From the NCBI GenBank assembly GCA_963665115.1, contig OY762007.1:1696001-1760000 (forward strand): a stretch of DNA of 64,000 nucleotides, read 5' to 3'. This stretch comes from an uncultured Rivularia sp. (lineage in GTDB: Bacteria > Cyanobacteriota > Cyanobacteriia > Cyanobacteriales > Nostocaceae). The notes beneath the pieces are model-generated. The model did not search any database. It saw only the letters and a program-made list of their open reading frames with translations, and was not told where the DNA came from. This document shows, piece after piece, positions 11,037 to 20,300 of the stretch (its first letter is position 1; the number at the start of each line of letters is the position of its first letter). A program made the translations under genes and the position numbers.

Positions 11037-12159
11037 AGTCTGCTCTTAGGTAAGATTCATAGATAATATCAGATAATAAACAGCGCTTATATCTCCTAAC
11101 TTGTAATTGAATTGCATGTCGATATGTTACTTGAGAAATTAAATCTGGATGAGAAATTTCTTCATTCATGCGATTTTCAAACTGTTTCAGAAAAACTCTT
11201 CTAGCAGTTTGACTTAAATAAACTCCTCCTGTGGTTGCGACGACATCAAAGTCTTTCGGTTTAAATTCACTATTATTAATTACTTTTAAAACCAAACTAT
11301 CAACAATAGGAGAACGAAATTCTTCCATTAAATCAAAAGCTAAATATGTTTTTTGCTTATCACCATAATGAAAATGACCGATATATGGTGAAAGTCCTTC
11401 GGTAATAATAAAGCTGAGTACATTATTAAATAAAAGTGTATAGCCAAAACTCAATAATGAATTTATCTCATCGGTGGGAGGCTGCCGAAATCTCTGAGAA
11501 AAACTAAATTTAGGATTAGTAATTAAATTCCCAAAGGCTGGAAAATATCTAGCAGCAGCAATTCCTTCATAACCGCGCAAAGTATCTAAGTTATCAACAT
11601 AATTCAAAGCATCAATATCTTGATTAATTCCATAGATAGCTTCTTCTACTTTTCCTATTTTGCGTCTGCGATTAAATCGCATCAATAATTGTTTGGAATT
11701 CAATAATTTACCTAAAACAACCGCTCTTGATACGCTAAATCGAAATAAATCATCATTACGTCTTTCTACTTGAACTAATTGATTATCCAGATGAATAGAT
11801 TTTTCGCTCCATAAGTGACCATGATATGTACCAGTTTGACTGAGAAATACCACGGGAATTTGTTCTTTTAAACAAGCTTGAATTACTGGAGTTGATAATT
11901 GAATATTACCGAATACTATAATTTGCTCTACTTCCCGAATCGGAACTTCAAGCTTCGGTTTTTCTGAGACATGAATAATAAACCGCTGATAATCTTTATA
12001 GATATTTGTTCCTTGTTCAATTAAGTATATAGCCGCCATTTCTTGATTCCAAATATTTTTTTGAAAAGGACTATCATCCTCTGCTGTTTGTGGAGGTTTT
12101 TCCGTGATTGTTTCGGCAAAATATGGTTTGTGTAGATAACGTATATTTTCATAACCCAA
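11035..12159 (-). CDS. cas1: CRISPR-associated endonuclease Cas1 (core starts at Met 12039; frame open up to 12249)
   Basis: LRGYEGIAAARYF, NSLLSFGYTLL and LAFDLMEEFRSPIVD motifs. Confidence 0.97.
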   Translation of the reverse strand: MGYENIRYLHKPYFAETITEKPPQTAEDDSPFQKNIWNQEMAAIYLIEQGTNIYKDYQRFIIHVSEKPKLEVPIREVEQIIVFGNIQLSTPVIQACLKEQIPVVFLSQTGTYHGHLWSEKSIHLDNQLVQVERRNDDLFRFSVSRAVVLGKLLNSKQLLMRFNRRRKIGKVEEAIYGINQDIDALNYVDNLDTLRGYEGIAAARYFPAFGNLITNPKFSFSQRFRQPPTDEINSLLSFGYTLLFNNVLSFIITEGLSPYIGHFHYGDKQKTYLAFDLMEEFRSPIVDSLVLKVINNSEFKPKDFDVVATTGGVYLSQTARRVFLKQFENRMNEEISHPDLISQVTYRHAIQLQVRRYKRCLLSDIIYESYLRAD

Positions 12160-12203
12160 ACCAGCAAAACCGTTAGTTATTGAATTAGAAGCTTCAGCTA
12201 ATT

Positions 12204-13166
12204 CTAAACTGCTTTCTTCTTTCGATATTGGTTGCGATAGACTTTTTTTTTACTAGTTTTTCTAGTTCTCGTTTTCTCGCGATTGTTTTCAATAGCTGAC
12301 CTTAATTTAGCTTTATTTGTATCTACAGGGAAAATTGCATCTTCTAAAAAACCATGACCTAAAAAACGAAAACCGCGTTCAAAGCTAGTAATTTGGGTTT
12401 TCTCGGTATTTATTTCTAACCCCATCGAATCCAATAAATCAATCACTTGCGATTTTGCGATCGCGATTCGTTCTTGACTAGTTGATAAAACCAAAAAATC
12501 ATCAGCATAACGCACGATTTCTAAATCACTAGCGCTAATAATTCCATCAAATTCATGGAGATAAATATTTGCCAAAATTGGAGAAATAACCGCACCTTGA
12601 GGAATACCTTTTTGAGGTAAGATTAGCCCTTCTCTAGTTTCCACACCAACCGAAATCCAAGCTTTAATTAAACATAAAATACCTGGGTGGTCAATATGTA
12701 ACCTTACCTGTTGTAACAAGCGATGATGGTCAATATTATCAAAAAACTTGACGATATCAGCATCCAAAACCCAGACATAACCCATGTCTCGCCAATCGGC
12801 TATTTTCTCTACCGCATTGATATAAGATAAATTAGGACGATAAGCAAAACTTACAGGTGAAAATTTCTCTTCCATTAACGGACTAATTACATTTAATAGA
12901 GCTTGCTGAACAATTCTGTCTCGAATAGTAGGAATTTTTAACTCTCTTTGGGAGCCATTTCTTTTGGGAATAATTACCTGCTTGCAAGGAGAAGGTTGAT
13001 AGCTACCATCAGCAACAGAATTCATTAACTGATAAATGTTAACCGTTTGATTGCTAGCAAAACTACTAATAGTTTCACCATCAACACCCGCACAACCGCG
13101 TTTATCAGCAACCTTTTCCCAAGCACGCTGAAAATTATTAATATCGATAAATAGACTGGAAATCAT
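12204..13166 (-). CDS. CRISPR-associated group II intron-like reverse transcriptase
   Basis: AGVDG, RELKIPTIRDRIVQ, DADIVKFFD, GIPQGAVISP, RYADD and FLG motifs; directly upstream of cas1. Confidence 0.96.
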   Translation of the reverse strand: MISSLFIDINNFQRAWEKVADKRGCAGVDGETISSFASNQTVNIYQLMNSVADGSYQPSPCKQVIIPKRNGSQRELKIPTIRDRIVQQALLNVISPLMEEKFSPVSFAYRPNLSYINAVEKIADWRDMGYVWVLDADIVKFFDNIDHHRLLQQVRLHIDHPGILCLIKAWISVGVETREGLILPQKGIPQGAVISPILANIYLHEFDGIISASDLEIVRYADDFLVLSTSQERIAIAKSQVIDLLDSMGLEINTEKTQITSFERGFRFLGHGFLEDAIFPVDTNKAKLRSAIENNREKTRTRKTSKKKVYRNQYRKKKAV

Positions 13167-13167
13167 G

Positions 13168-13220
13168 ATAAGTAAGAAGTAAGAAGTAAAAAGTAAGAAG
13201 TCAAAAGTAAGAAGTAATAA
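13168..13220. repeat. (AAGTAAG)n heptamer tract directly upstream of the RT start codon
   Basis: Seen directly. Confidence 0.9.
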
Positions 13221-13224
13221 ACTT

Positions 13225-13295
13225 GTAGGGTGCTGTACTTACGAGATAATTGTCGATTTTGACAATGAATTGTCGTCTTACCGTCACGCACCAAT
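13225..13295. repeat. GTAG-type REP-like element, copy 1
   Basis: GTAGGGTGCTGT...CGTCTTACCGTCACGCACCAAT, shared with 16140-16213. Confidence 0.7.
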
Positions 13296-13384
13296 CAGTA
13301 TTTAGAAGTCAAAAGTAAGAGGTAAGAAGTAATTAATAATTGATAATTGTTCACTGCTTACTAATAACTGATAACTGTTCACTG

Positions 13385-13975
13385 TTAACTGTTAACTGAA
13401 AACTGCTCGACAATTCGCTTTAATTCTTGAACCATAAAAGAATCAGCATCAGCTTTCAAAAATAATTGCAATAAAGTCTGGTAGTACCATAATGTTCCTT
13501 CTTTACCACCTTTAAATTTTCCCCAAGTAGATTCACCATTGTTAGATAAATCTCTCAAAATACTGCGAGCGTTATGCAATTTGTCAGCTAGCGATACCTT
13601 ACGAATAGAAGCAGAAGCACCACGCAAATTATCAATATATTGCTGTTTGCGCTGCAACCAAGGAGGTTTTGGTATAGTATTCGTATCGCTGCAACCATCA
13701 ACTATTTCCGCAACTTTTAGTCCAAACATATCAAAAATTACTTCACGAGTTGCTTGTCCTCCTTGGTCTTCTACTGCATCATGTAATAATGCAGCGATAG
13801 CTTCATCTTCATCACCACCATCTTCTAACACCAATGCAGTAACGCTTAAAAGATGACTAATATACGGAATATTGCTTCCCTTCCTTATTTGTTCGCGATG
13901 TAATCTTGAAGCATAAACTAAAGCTTGTTCAAAACGATTTGTTAAAAAATATTTTTGTGTTGTGTTTAAATTCAT
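13385..13975 (-). CDS. HD-domain protein, MESH1/SpoT-hydrolase-like
   Basis: HREQIRKG..PYISH, AALLHDAVED and VSLADKLHN motifs. Confidence 0.88.
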   Translation of the reverse strand: MNLNTTQKYFLTNRFEQALVYASRLHREQIRKGSNIPYISHLLSVTALVLEDGGDEDEAIAALLHDAVEDQGGQATREVIFDMFGLKVAEIVDGCSDTNTIPKPPWLQRKQQYIDNLRGASASIRKVSLADKLHNARSILRDLSNNGESTWGKFKGGKEGTLWYYQTLLQLFLKADADSFMVQELKRIVEQFSVNS

Positions 13976-14062
13976 ATTATTTAAAGGTCAAAGGTCAAAG
14001 GTTAAAGGTTAAAGGTAAATTAGAAAAGGTAACAAGGAGAAAAATAACTCCTAACTGTTCTC

Positions 14063-15592
14063 TTATATATAAAGCTTATAAGTAGCTTCCATTTCTCTTC
14101 TCATTCTGTCTCTTAAATCCAAAGGAAAAATCACTTCAACATTTGGACACCAAGCTCGTAAACGCATGACAATATTATTGTCGTCAACTCGATAATCAAT
14201 TTTGCAATAAATATCGTATTCGGAACGAGATTGTACTGTAGAAATCAATTGTTTCTGTTCTAAAGATGCTTTTGGTGTGTAAGATTTAATCAGTTTTTCT
14301 ACCTGTTTACGGGTAATTTTATGAAACATATCATCTCTTTCTGTTCCTTCGATATAATTACCGTAAAAATATTGGTCAAATCTTAGTATTAATAATGCTT
14401 GGGGTTTATGAATATCAAATCCCCAAACTGCTGACATTTTATCTTTAATTTCATCTGGATTTGGTGGATATTTACCGTAACATTTATCTAAAAAGTGTTT
14501 GGGTATATCAAGGTTATCTGCATTAGAATCTAATTTATTTAATTCATCTAAATTAATAATTTTATCAAGTCGATAGTCATACCAATCTATTTTACTCCAA
14601 GGATTCTTCCTGTTTGACTGAGGAATTTGACCATAAGCAAATAAATAAGGTGCGCGTTTATAGTAATAAATACAGACTGGATAAACAATACAATCAATTG
14701 TTTCTTGATATAGTTTAGCGCTACGATAGTTTAATTTAACTAATGGTACTTTGTCCCTTTTCCAAAGACTTTTTATTTTCTGCTGCAATAGCTCTATATG
14801 TTCGTTTAAACTTGAATGAACTATATATTCTGCATGAATAAAAAATCTTTGTATACCGTTAATAGGTTGTGAAAGAGAATTATTAAAAGCTGATAATTCA
14901 TGATTTGTGAATTGTTCTGAGGTAATTTCTTTGTTCTTCAGAGAACTTAAGAAAACTTCCGGGAATCGATTTACTTTTGTATATATAACTTTGCCACTAT
15001 ATTTTTTGATATTTAACCAACCTAAATTTACTAAAGATTGAAAATCGTGGTCTTTTAAATTACGAGCAGTAACTGCAAACAAACGTCCTTCTGGTAACGA
15101 TTTGGAAAATTTTTTATTAACAGTTAACGATTTTACTTCTGATTGCATGTGTTGAGATTTATTTTTAGCTATTCCACCTTGGAGTAGATTATTTAGTTCA
15201 TCACCTTCAAAAGAATAATATTTTTTTAGCGATTGACACCAGCGGTTTTCATCAATTCTTAAACTTGATTCAAACAACCATTGCTTTAGTTTAATAGCAC
15301 ATCGACATTCTTCTTTGATAAAATCTTGGTTTAACTCATTTAGGCTATGTAAGCTTGGTATACAATCACGTTTATGATATTTCTTAGCATCAATAAAAAA
15401 TAAATCGCGCCATTCTAAAAAACTAAACTCTTCTTTCAAGTCTAATTTTACTTCATCACTTTCATCCCCATAAATAGAACGTAAGATAACCCATAACCTT
15501 ACAGCTTTTGCTAAATTTTGCTTCAGAGAACCTGCTGTTAATATCTTGAGAACTTCAACACTAGGAGGATAGTTAAAAACTTCTCTCTTCAT
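14063..15592 (-). CDS. CRISPR-associated WYL-domain protein (TIGR03985-like)
   Basis: LKQNLAKAVRLWVIL, VYPVCIYYYKRAPYL, WYDYRLDKI and MRLRAWCPNVEV motifs. Confidence 0.8.
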   Translation of the reverse strand: MKREVFNYPPSVEVLKILTAGSLKQNLAKAVRLWVILRSIYGDESDEVKLDLKEEFSFLEWRDLFFIDAKKYHKRDCIPSLHSLNELNQDFIKEECRCAIKLKQWLFESSLRIDENRWCQSLKKYYSFEGDELNNLLQGGIAKNKSQHMQSEVKSLTVNKKFSKSLPEGRLFAVTARNLKDHDFQSLVNLGWLNIKKYSGKVIYTKVNRFPEVFLSSLKNKEITSEQFTNHELSAFNNSLSQPINGIQRFFIHAEYIVHSSLNEHIELLQQKIKSLWKRDKVPLVKLNYRSAKLYQETIDCIVYPVCIYYYKRAPYLFAYGQIPQSNRKNPWSKIDWYDYRLDKIINLDELNKLDSNADNLDIPKHFLDKCYGKYPPNPDEIKDKMSAVWGFDIHKPQALLILRFDQYFYGNYIEGTERDDMFHKITRKQVEKLIKSYTPKASLEQKQLISTVQSRSEYDIYCKIDYRVDDNNIVMRLRAWCPNVEVIFPLDLRDRMRREMEATYKLYI

Positions 15593-15742
15593 TCTGCTTT
15601 GATTTGTACTTTTGGTAGATGTCTCTACTTTAACAGCAGGTGGAATACGCTATTTCCATCTTGTCGCTTAAATAATAATAGCTTTACTTTTTATATTGCT
15701 CCCGCAAGTAATTAGTTTTTTATTCATTACGGAAATATTATT

Positions 15743-16099
15743 ATGACCAAATTTCAAGAACGATTCAATGCAAAAATGAAAGAATGGTACGACAGTGAAA
15801 AGAGCAGCAGCAACCTTTTTACTACAGAATATCAAAGAATGCTTGCTTATCTATGGTCTTTTAATGAAGCTAGAAAATCTGAAGAGAATAATTCAGAAAT
15901 CAAAGAATTTGGAAGTGCAAATAGGAAAGCTATTGGAGATTCAAATTACGATAATTTGCTTCGTACAAGAGACTATTGCTGTCGTTGTGGAGAAACATAT
16001 AGATTAGAAAATCTATCTATTTGTGTAGAATGCGATAATCTTTTTTGCTATCGTTGCAGTCGTAAAAAATGCGGTTGCGGTGGGGAAGTTGTGGGCTAG
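15743..16099 (+). CDS. Hypothetical protein with a Cys-rich (putative zinc-binding) C-terminus
   Basis: CCRC, CVEC, CYRC and CGC motifs. Confidence 0.6.
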   Translation: MTKFQERFNAKMKEWYDSEKSSSNLFTTEYQRMLAYLWSFNEARKSEENNSEIKEFGSANRKAIGDSNYDNLLRTRDYCCRCGETYRLENLSICVECDNLFCYRCSRKKCGCGGEVVG

Positions 16100-16139
16100 T
16101 ACCGCTACGCGGAAGTAAGAAGTAAAAAGTAATAAACTC

Positions 16140-16213
16140 GTAGGGTGCTGTGACGGTTACAGAAATTTTCTATTATGAAAATGATAATTGCCGTCTTACC
16201 GTCACGCACCAAT
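16140..16213. repeat. GTAG-type REP-like element, copy 2
   Basis: GGTGCTGTGACGG...CCGTCACGCACC hairpin. Confidence 0.7.
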
Positions 16214-16271
16214 ATGACTTCATTCCTCGATAAAATTCCCCAATCGCAATTAACTTGATATCATATGTACT

Positions 16272-16418
16272 TGTCTGTATATAGTCGTCTATGAAATGGT
16301 TCATTTAGTACAACAAAATCACAACCGAGACTTTTGGGATAGAGTAGAGAGAATTTTACCCGATTGGGAAGAACGAAAAGAATGGTTAGCGAAAAATGGC
16401 GCGGTTTTTACGCTGTAA
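16272..16418 (+). pseudogene. C-terminal remnant of a YgjP/M48-like metallopeptidase
   Basis: Manual translation YIVVYEMVHLVQQNHNRDFWDRVERILPDWEERKEWL; HExxH degenerate; N-terminal part absent. Confidence 0.7.
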
Positions 16419-16439
16419 TTGATTTTGGAAAGTGGTTCT

Positions 16440-16703
16440 TCAACTTTTATCTCGGTAAACTTCCCGACGATGTTTTACTTTAACGACAGTCACTAATAAA
16501 ATATCATCATATATTTGGTAAATAATTCGATAATCACCGACTCTAATACGATACAAATCATCATCCTGTAACTTTTTAACCCCACTTGGGCGAGGTTCTA
16601 TTGCTAATTCTTGAATTTTTGCATCTATTCGTTCTTTAATATCTTTTGGTAGTTTTTTGAGTTGCTTTGATGCACCCTTAGTCAATTCAACTTGATAATT
16701 CAC
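16440..16703 (-). CDS. RelE/ParE family toxin
   Basis: PRPSGVKKL and YRIRVGDYRIIY motifs. Confidence 0.92.
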   Translation of the reverse strand: MNYQVELTKGASKQLKKLPKDIKERIDAKIQELAIEPRPSGVKKLQDDDLYRIRVGDYRIIYQIYDDILLVTVVKVKHRREVYRDKS

Positions 16704-16897
16704 GCAGTTTCTCTCTTATATTCTTCCCATGAGATTGTTCCGTTTCTCTTCGCATCTGCTAATTGGGCACGAGCATCTCTAATGTCTTCTTCATCTTCTA
16801 ATAGTTCTAAAACTTTTTCTAAAGTACTTTCGGGTGCTATATCCAAATGTGCGGATATTAATTGAATTAAATCTTGACGTTTTGTTTTAGTTTCCAT
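16700..16897 (-). CDS. Putative antitoxin
   Basis: Acidic 65-aa protein overlapping the toxin start; EDEEDIRDA...TISWEE. Confidence 0.75.
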   Translation of the reverse strand: METKTKRQDLIQLISAHLDIAPESTLEKVLELLEDEEDIRDARAQLADAKRNGTISWEEYKRETA

Positions 16898-16992
16898 AGC
16901 TATTTATGTTTATTTCCTAAAGGTTATTATAGACTCATTAATAGCAAGATATTGTACGTTACTTATTTTACCCAATCTAAATCTATGTTTGG

Positions 16993-17307
16993 TTGAAAAA
17001 AATTAATGCTTACAAACAAGTGTTGATTTCAACAAGCAACCATAATAATTGGGGGAAAATAATGATTCAAGCAATTGATTCAGAACAGGTATTCGTTTCA
17101 AACTTAGAACAGTTCATCAGTAAAGCTGACAAATTTATCAAAATATATTATTCGGGTGTCAGTGATGAAAATCACGTTCAAGAAATAGTACAAGAATTGA
17201 AAAATTTAATATTAGATACCGACTTGAAACAATTGGAAATTGATTACCAGAACTATTGTGAAATTAAAGACTTGATGGGGGATTGGGATGAATCGGCTTG
17301 GTTTTGA
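16993..17307 (+). CDS. Hypothetical protein (probable start near 17062)
   Basis: ORF track only. Confidence 0.45.
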   Translation: MKKINAYKQVLISTSNHNNWGKIMIQAIDSEQVFVSNLEQFISKADKFIKIYYSGVSDENHVQEIVQELKNLILDTDLKQLEIDYQNYCEIKDLMGDWDESAWF

Positions 17308-17326
17308 ATGGGTGTGAAAGGTTGAT

Positions 17327-20300
17327 TTAGTTTTCTACCGCACCTAATGCTTTGAGCGTAGAGATTTCGGCTTCGGTTAAGCCTTTGACACCTGTGATGT
17401 TCATGCGTTCGTAAGGGCGATCGCTCTTTAGTGTTTTTAGACATTCGCCAGTTTTAATGTCCCAAAGTTTTGTAGTTTCATCCATGCTATAACTACCAAG
17501 AGTTTTACCATCAGGACTAAATGTAACTGACCTTACCGAATTGGTATGCCCTTCTAGAGTATGAACACATTTTCCGTTATTAATATCCCAAAGCCTTGCG
17601 GTTAAGTCGCGGCTCCCACTAGCAAGCGTATTACCATCGGGACTAAATGCAATTGTATGTACGCGATCCAAGTGACCCCTCAAAAGTATGGACACATTTA
17701 CCAGTTGCAATATTCCATAGCTTTATAGTTTCGTCATCACTCCCACTAGCAAGCGTGCTGCCATCTGGACTAAATGCTAATGAGCATATTTCATTAATAT
17801 GTCCTTCTAAAGTTTTAATCAGTTTTCCAAGACTAACATCCCATAACTTTATAATTAGGTCATAACCTGCACAGGCAAGAATTTTACTATCTGGACTAAA
17901 AGTAACTGAATTAACCCAGTCTGTATCTCCCTGCAAGGTATGAACACATTCTCCTGTCAAAACATTCCACAGCTTTACTACTGCATCATGATCTCCACTC
18001 GCAAGAATTTTACCATCTGGACTAAATGCTAATGAATTTATCCAATTCGTGTCTGAATGCAAAGTATGCACACATTTTCCAGTACTAAGATGCCAGAGTT
18101 TTATTGTTGAATCATAATCCCCACTCGCAAGAATTTTACCATCTGCACTGAAAGCAACTGCTCTTACCACACTACTGTGCCCTTCATAAGTATGAACACA
18201 TTCTCTGTTAGCAATATTCCATAATCTTACAGTTGGCTCACCACTACCACTAACAAACTTCTTAAAATCTGGACTAAAGGCAATGGCTCTTACTAAATTA
18301 GTATGTCTTTGCAAAGTATATAGGCATTTTTTTGTAGAAACATCCCATAACTTTATAATTTGGTTATAACCAGCACTAGCAAATATCTTGCCATCTGGAC
18401 TAAAAGCAACGGCATTCACCGAACTGGTATGTCCTTCTAAAATATGTAAGCATTTTCCAGTAGTATCCCAAAACCTTACTGTTTGGTCATCACTTCCACT
18501 AGCAATTATCTTGCAATCTGGGCTAAAAGCTACTGAATCTATTCGATGAGTATGTCCTTGTAAAGTACAAACACATTCTCCGGTTGCAATATCCCACAAC
18601 TTTACAGTTTTATCAAAACTACCACTGGCAACTATCTTGTTATTAGAACTGAAAACAACTGAAGTTACTTTGTGAGTATGTCCTTTGAAAGTCTTAAGTA
18701 ATTTTTTAGTTGCAATATCCCATAATTTTACAGTTTTATCTCTACTACCACTAGCAATTATCTTGCCATCTGGGCTGAAAGTAACCGAGCATATCCTTAA
18801 CTCGTGCCCTTGCAAAGTTTGTAGACATTTTCCTGTTATGATATTGTTCCAAAATTTTAAAGTATTATCCGCACCGCAACTTGCGATTATTCTGCCATCT
18901 GGGCTAAAAGCGACGGAACTCACCCAATGAAAATGACCTTCTAAAATATAAACACATTCTCCAGTCACAATATTCCATAACCGGATAGTGCGATCTCCAC
19001 TGCAACTAGCAAGCATTTTGCCATCTGGGCTAAAAGCTAATGCATTTATCCAATGAGTATGTCCTCTACAAATTAAGATTTGTCTCCCATTGGCAGTGTC
19101 CCACAAACGAACCATATTGCTACTATCACCTGTAGCTAATAATTTACTGTCCGGACTAAATTCTACTGCTGTAACATCACCTAAATTACTAGTAAAAATG
19201 CAGTCAGCCAAATTCGCCTTTGCAAAATCAACACCGCTCAAACTCGCATCACTAAAATCCGCTCCTTTAACCACAGCAGCCGATAAATCCTTCCCTTCCA
19301 AACTTTCATTATCAAACTTCACTGCCAAAGTAGTTGCATTCCCGCCAATATAATCAACCTCCGCTTCGCTCTTACCCTTAGTCTCTTCAATTACCTTAAC
19401 CAGCGCTTCATTATCCCCCACCATTCCCAACATCAGATCCATCACCGCTAAAGTAAGTGGCGATCGCCCAAAATTTCCCCTCAATTTCTCCAAAGATTCT
19501 TTAGTAAATCCCTTTAATGGAGCAATCGCAATACAATTTCCCGAATTATCTAACTGTCGCTCAAAATAACCAGACCAAGTATAATCAACGGGTACAGCAG
19601 CCACATCCAAACAAGATTGTGAAGAAGCTAATTCCGTAAAATCATCAGCTAAAGCTCCCAACTCAGCCGCAAATTTATACGCTACAAAAAATTCCAATAA
19701 CGAACGATGAGCCGGAGTATAATCTCCATTAGCATTACGAATCAGCATCGTTTGCCCCATCATATCGTAATGCCAATGATCCAAGTCATTTTGTTCTTGC
19801 ACCATAGAACCAAATAAGCGCCGAATCCTATCGGGAAACAACTTATAGTTAATGCTCATTTGGTCGCTCGAAAGCATTTCCCAAGATAGTTCGCACAAGA
19901 AATACAGCTTATCTGCCAAGGAAGTAAATGTGCGTTCGGCTTTGATATCCCGCTCCATCTTTCGTCGCACTGCATACAAATAAACCCGCGACATATCCAC
20001 AGGTTTACCCGCTTCAATATCTGGTAATGCTTCTAAAATTAAATCGGTCATTACCGGACGACGAGCCAAGTCCAACAATTGCGGATTGCCCATCACTTGG
20101 TCAACCGTTGCGGCTTCCGCTTGATGTAACAATACTTGTCTTATTTGCTCGTCGTTGAATTTCTCCAATTCCAACACTTCAAACTGGGGTGTTTCTCCGG
20201 TTAAGTTTTTAGTAGAAGCTTGTAACTCTGCGTTCAGTAAAGCCCGTCCTTCTTGAGCTTCGGGAAAATGTTCCGTGCGACAAGTTAAAATCACCTTGGC

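Noticed and set aside
10796..11053. ORF with LLTSYF repeats
   Set aside because: Translation of the (CTTACTT)n tract
10457..13166. Diversity-generating retroelement (RT plus Avd-like gene)
   Set aside because: The RT has group II-like PQG and YADD motifs and adjoins cas1; I saw no template/variable repeat pair differing at adenines
12204..13166. Group II intron or retron
   Set aside because: No maturase domain, intron domain V or msr/msd region recognised; the context is CRISPR adaptation
15614..15660. Short palindromes upstream of the WYL gene as an operator
   Set aside because: Stems of only 5-7 bp, expected by chance in AT-rich DNA
17400..19160. ~126-bp DNA periodicity as a separate repeat element
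   Set aside because: Explained by the WD40 repeats
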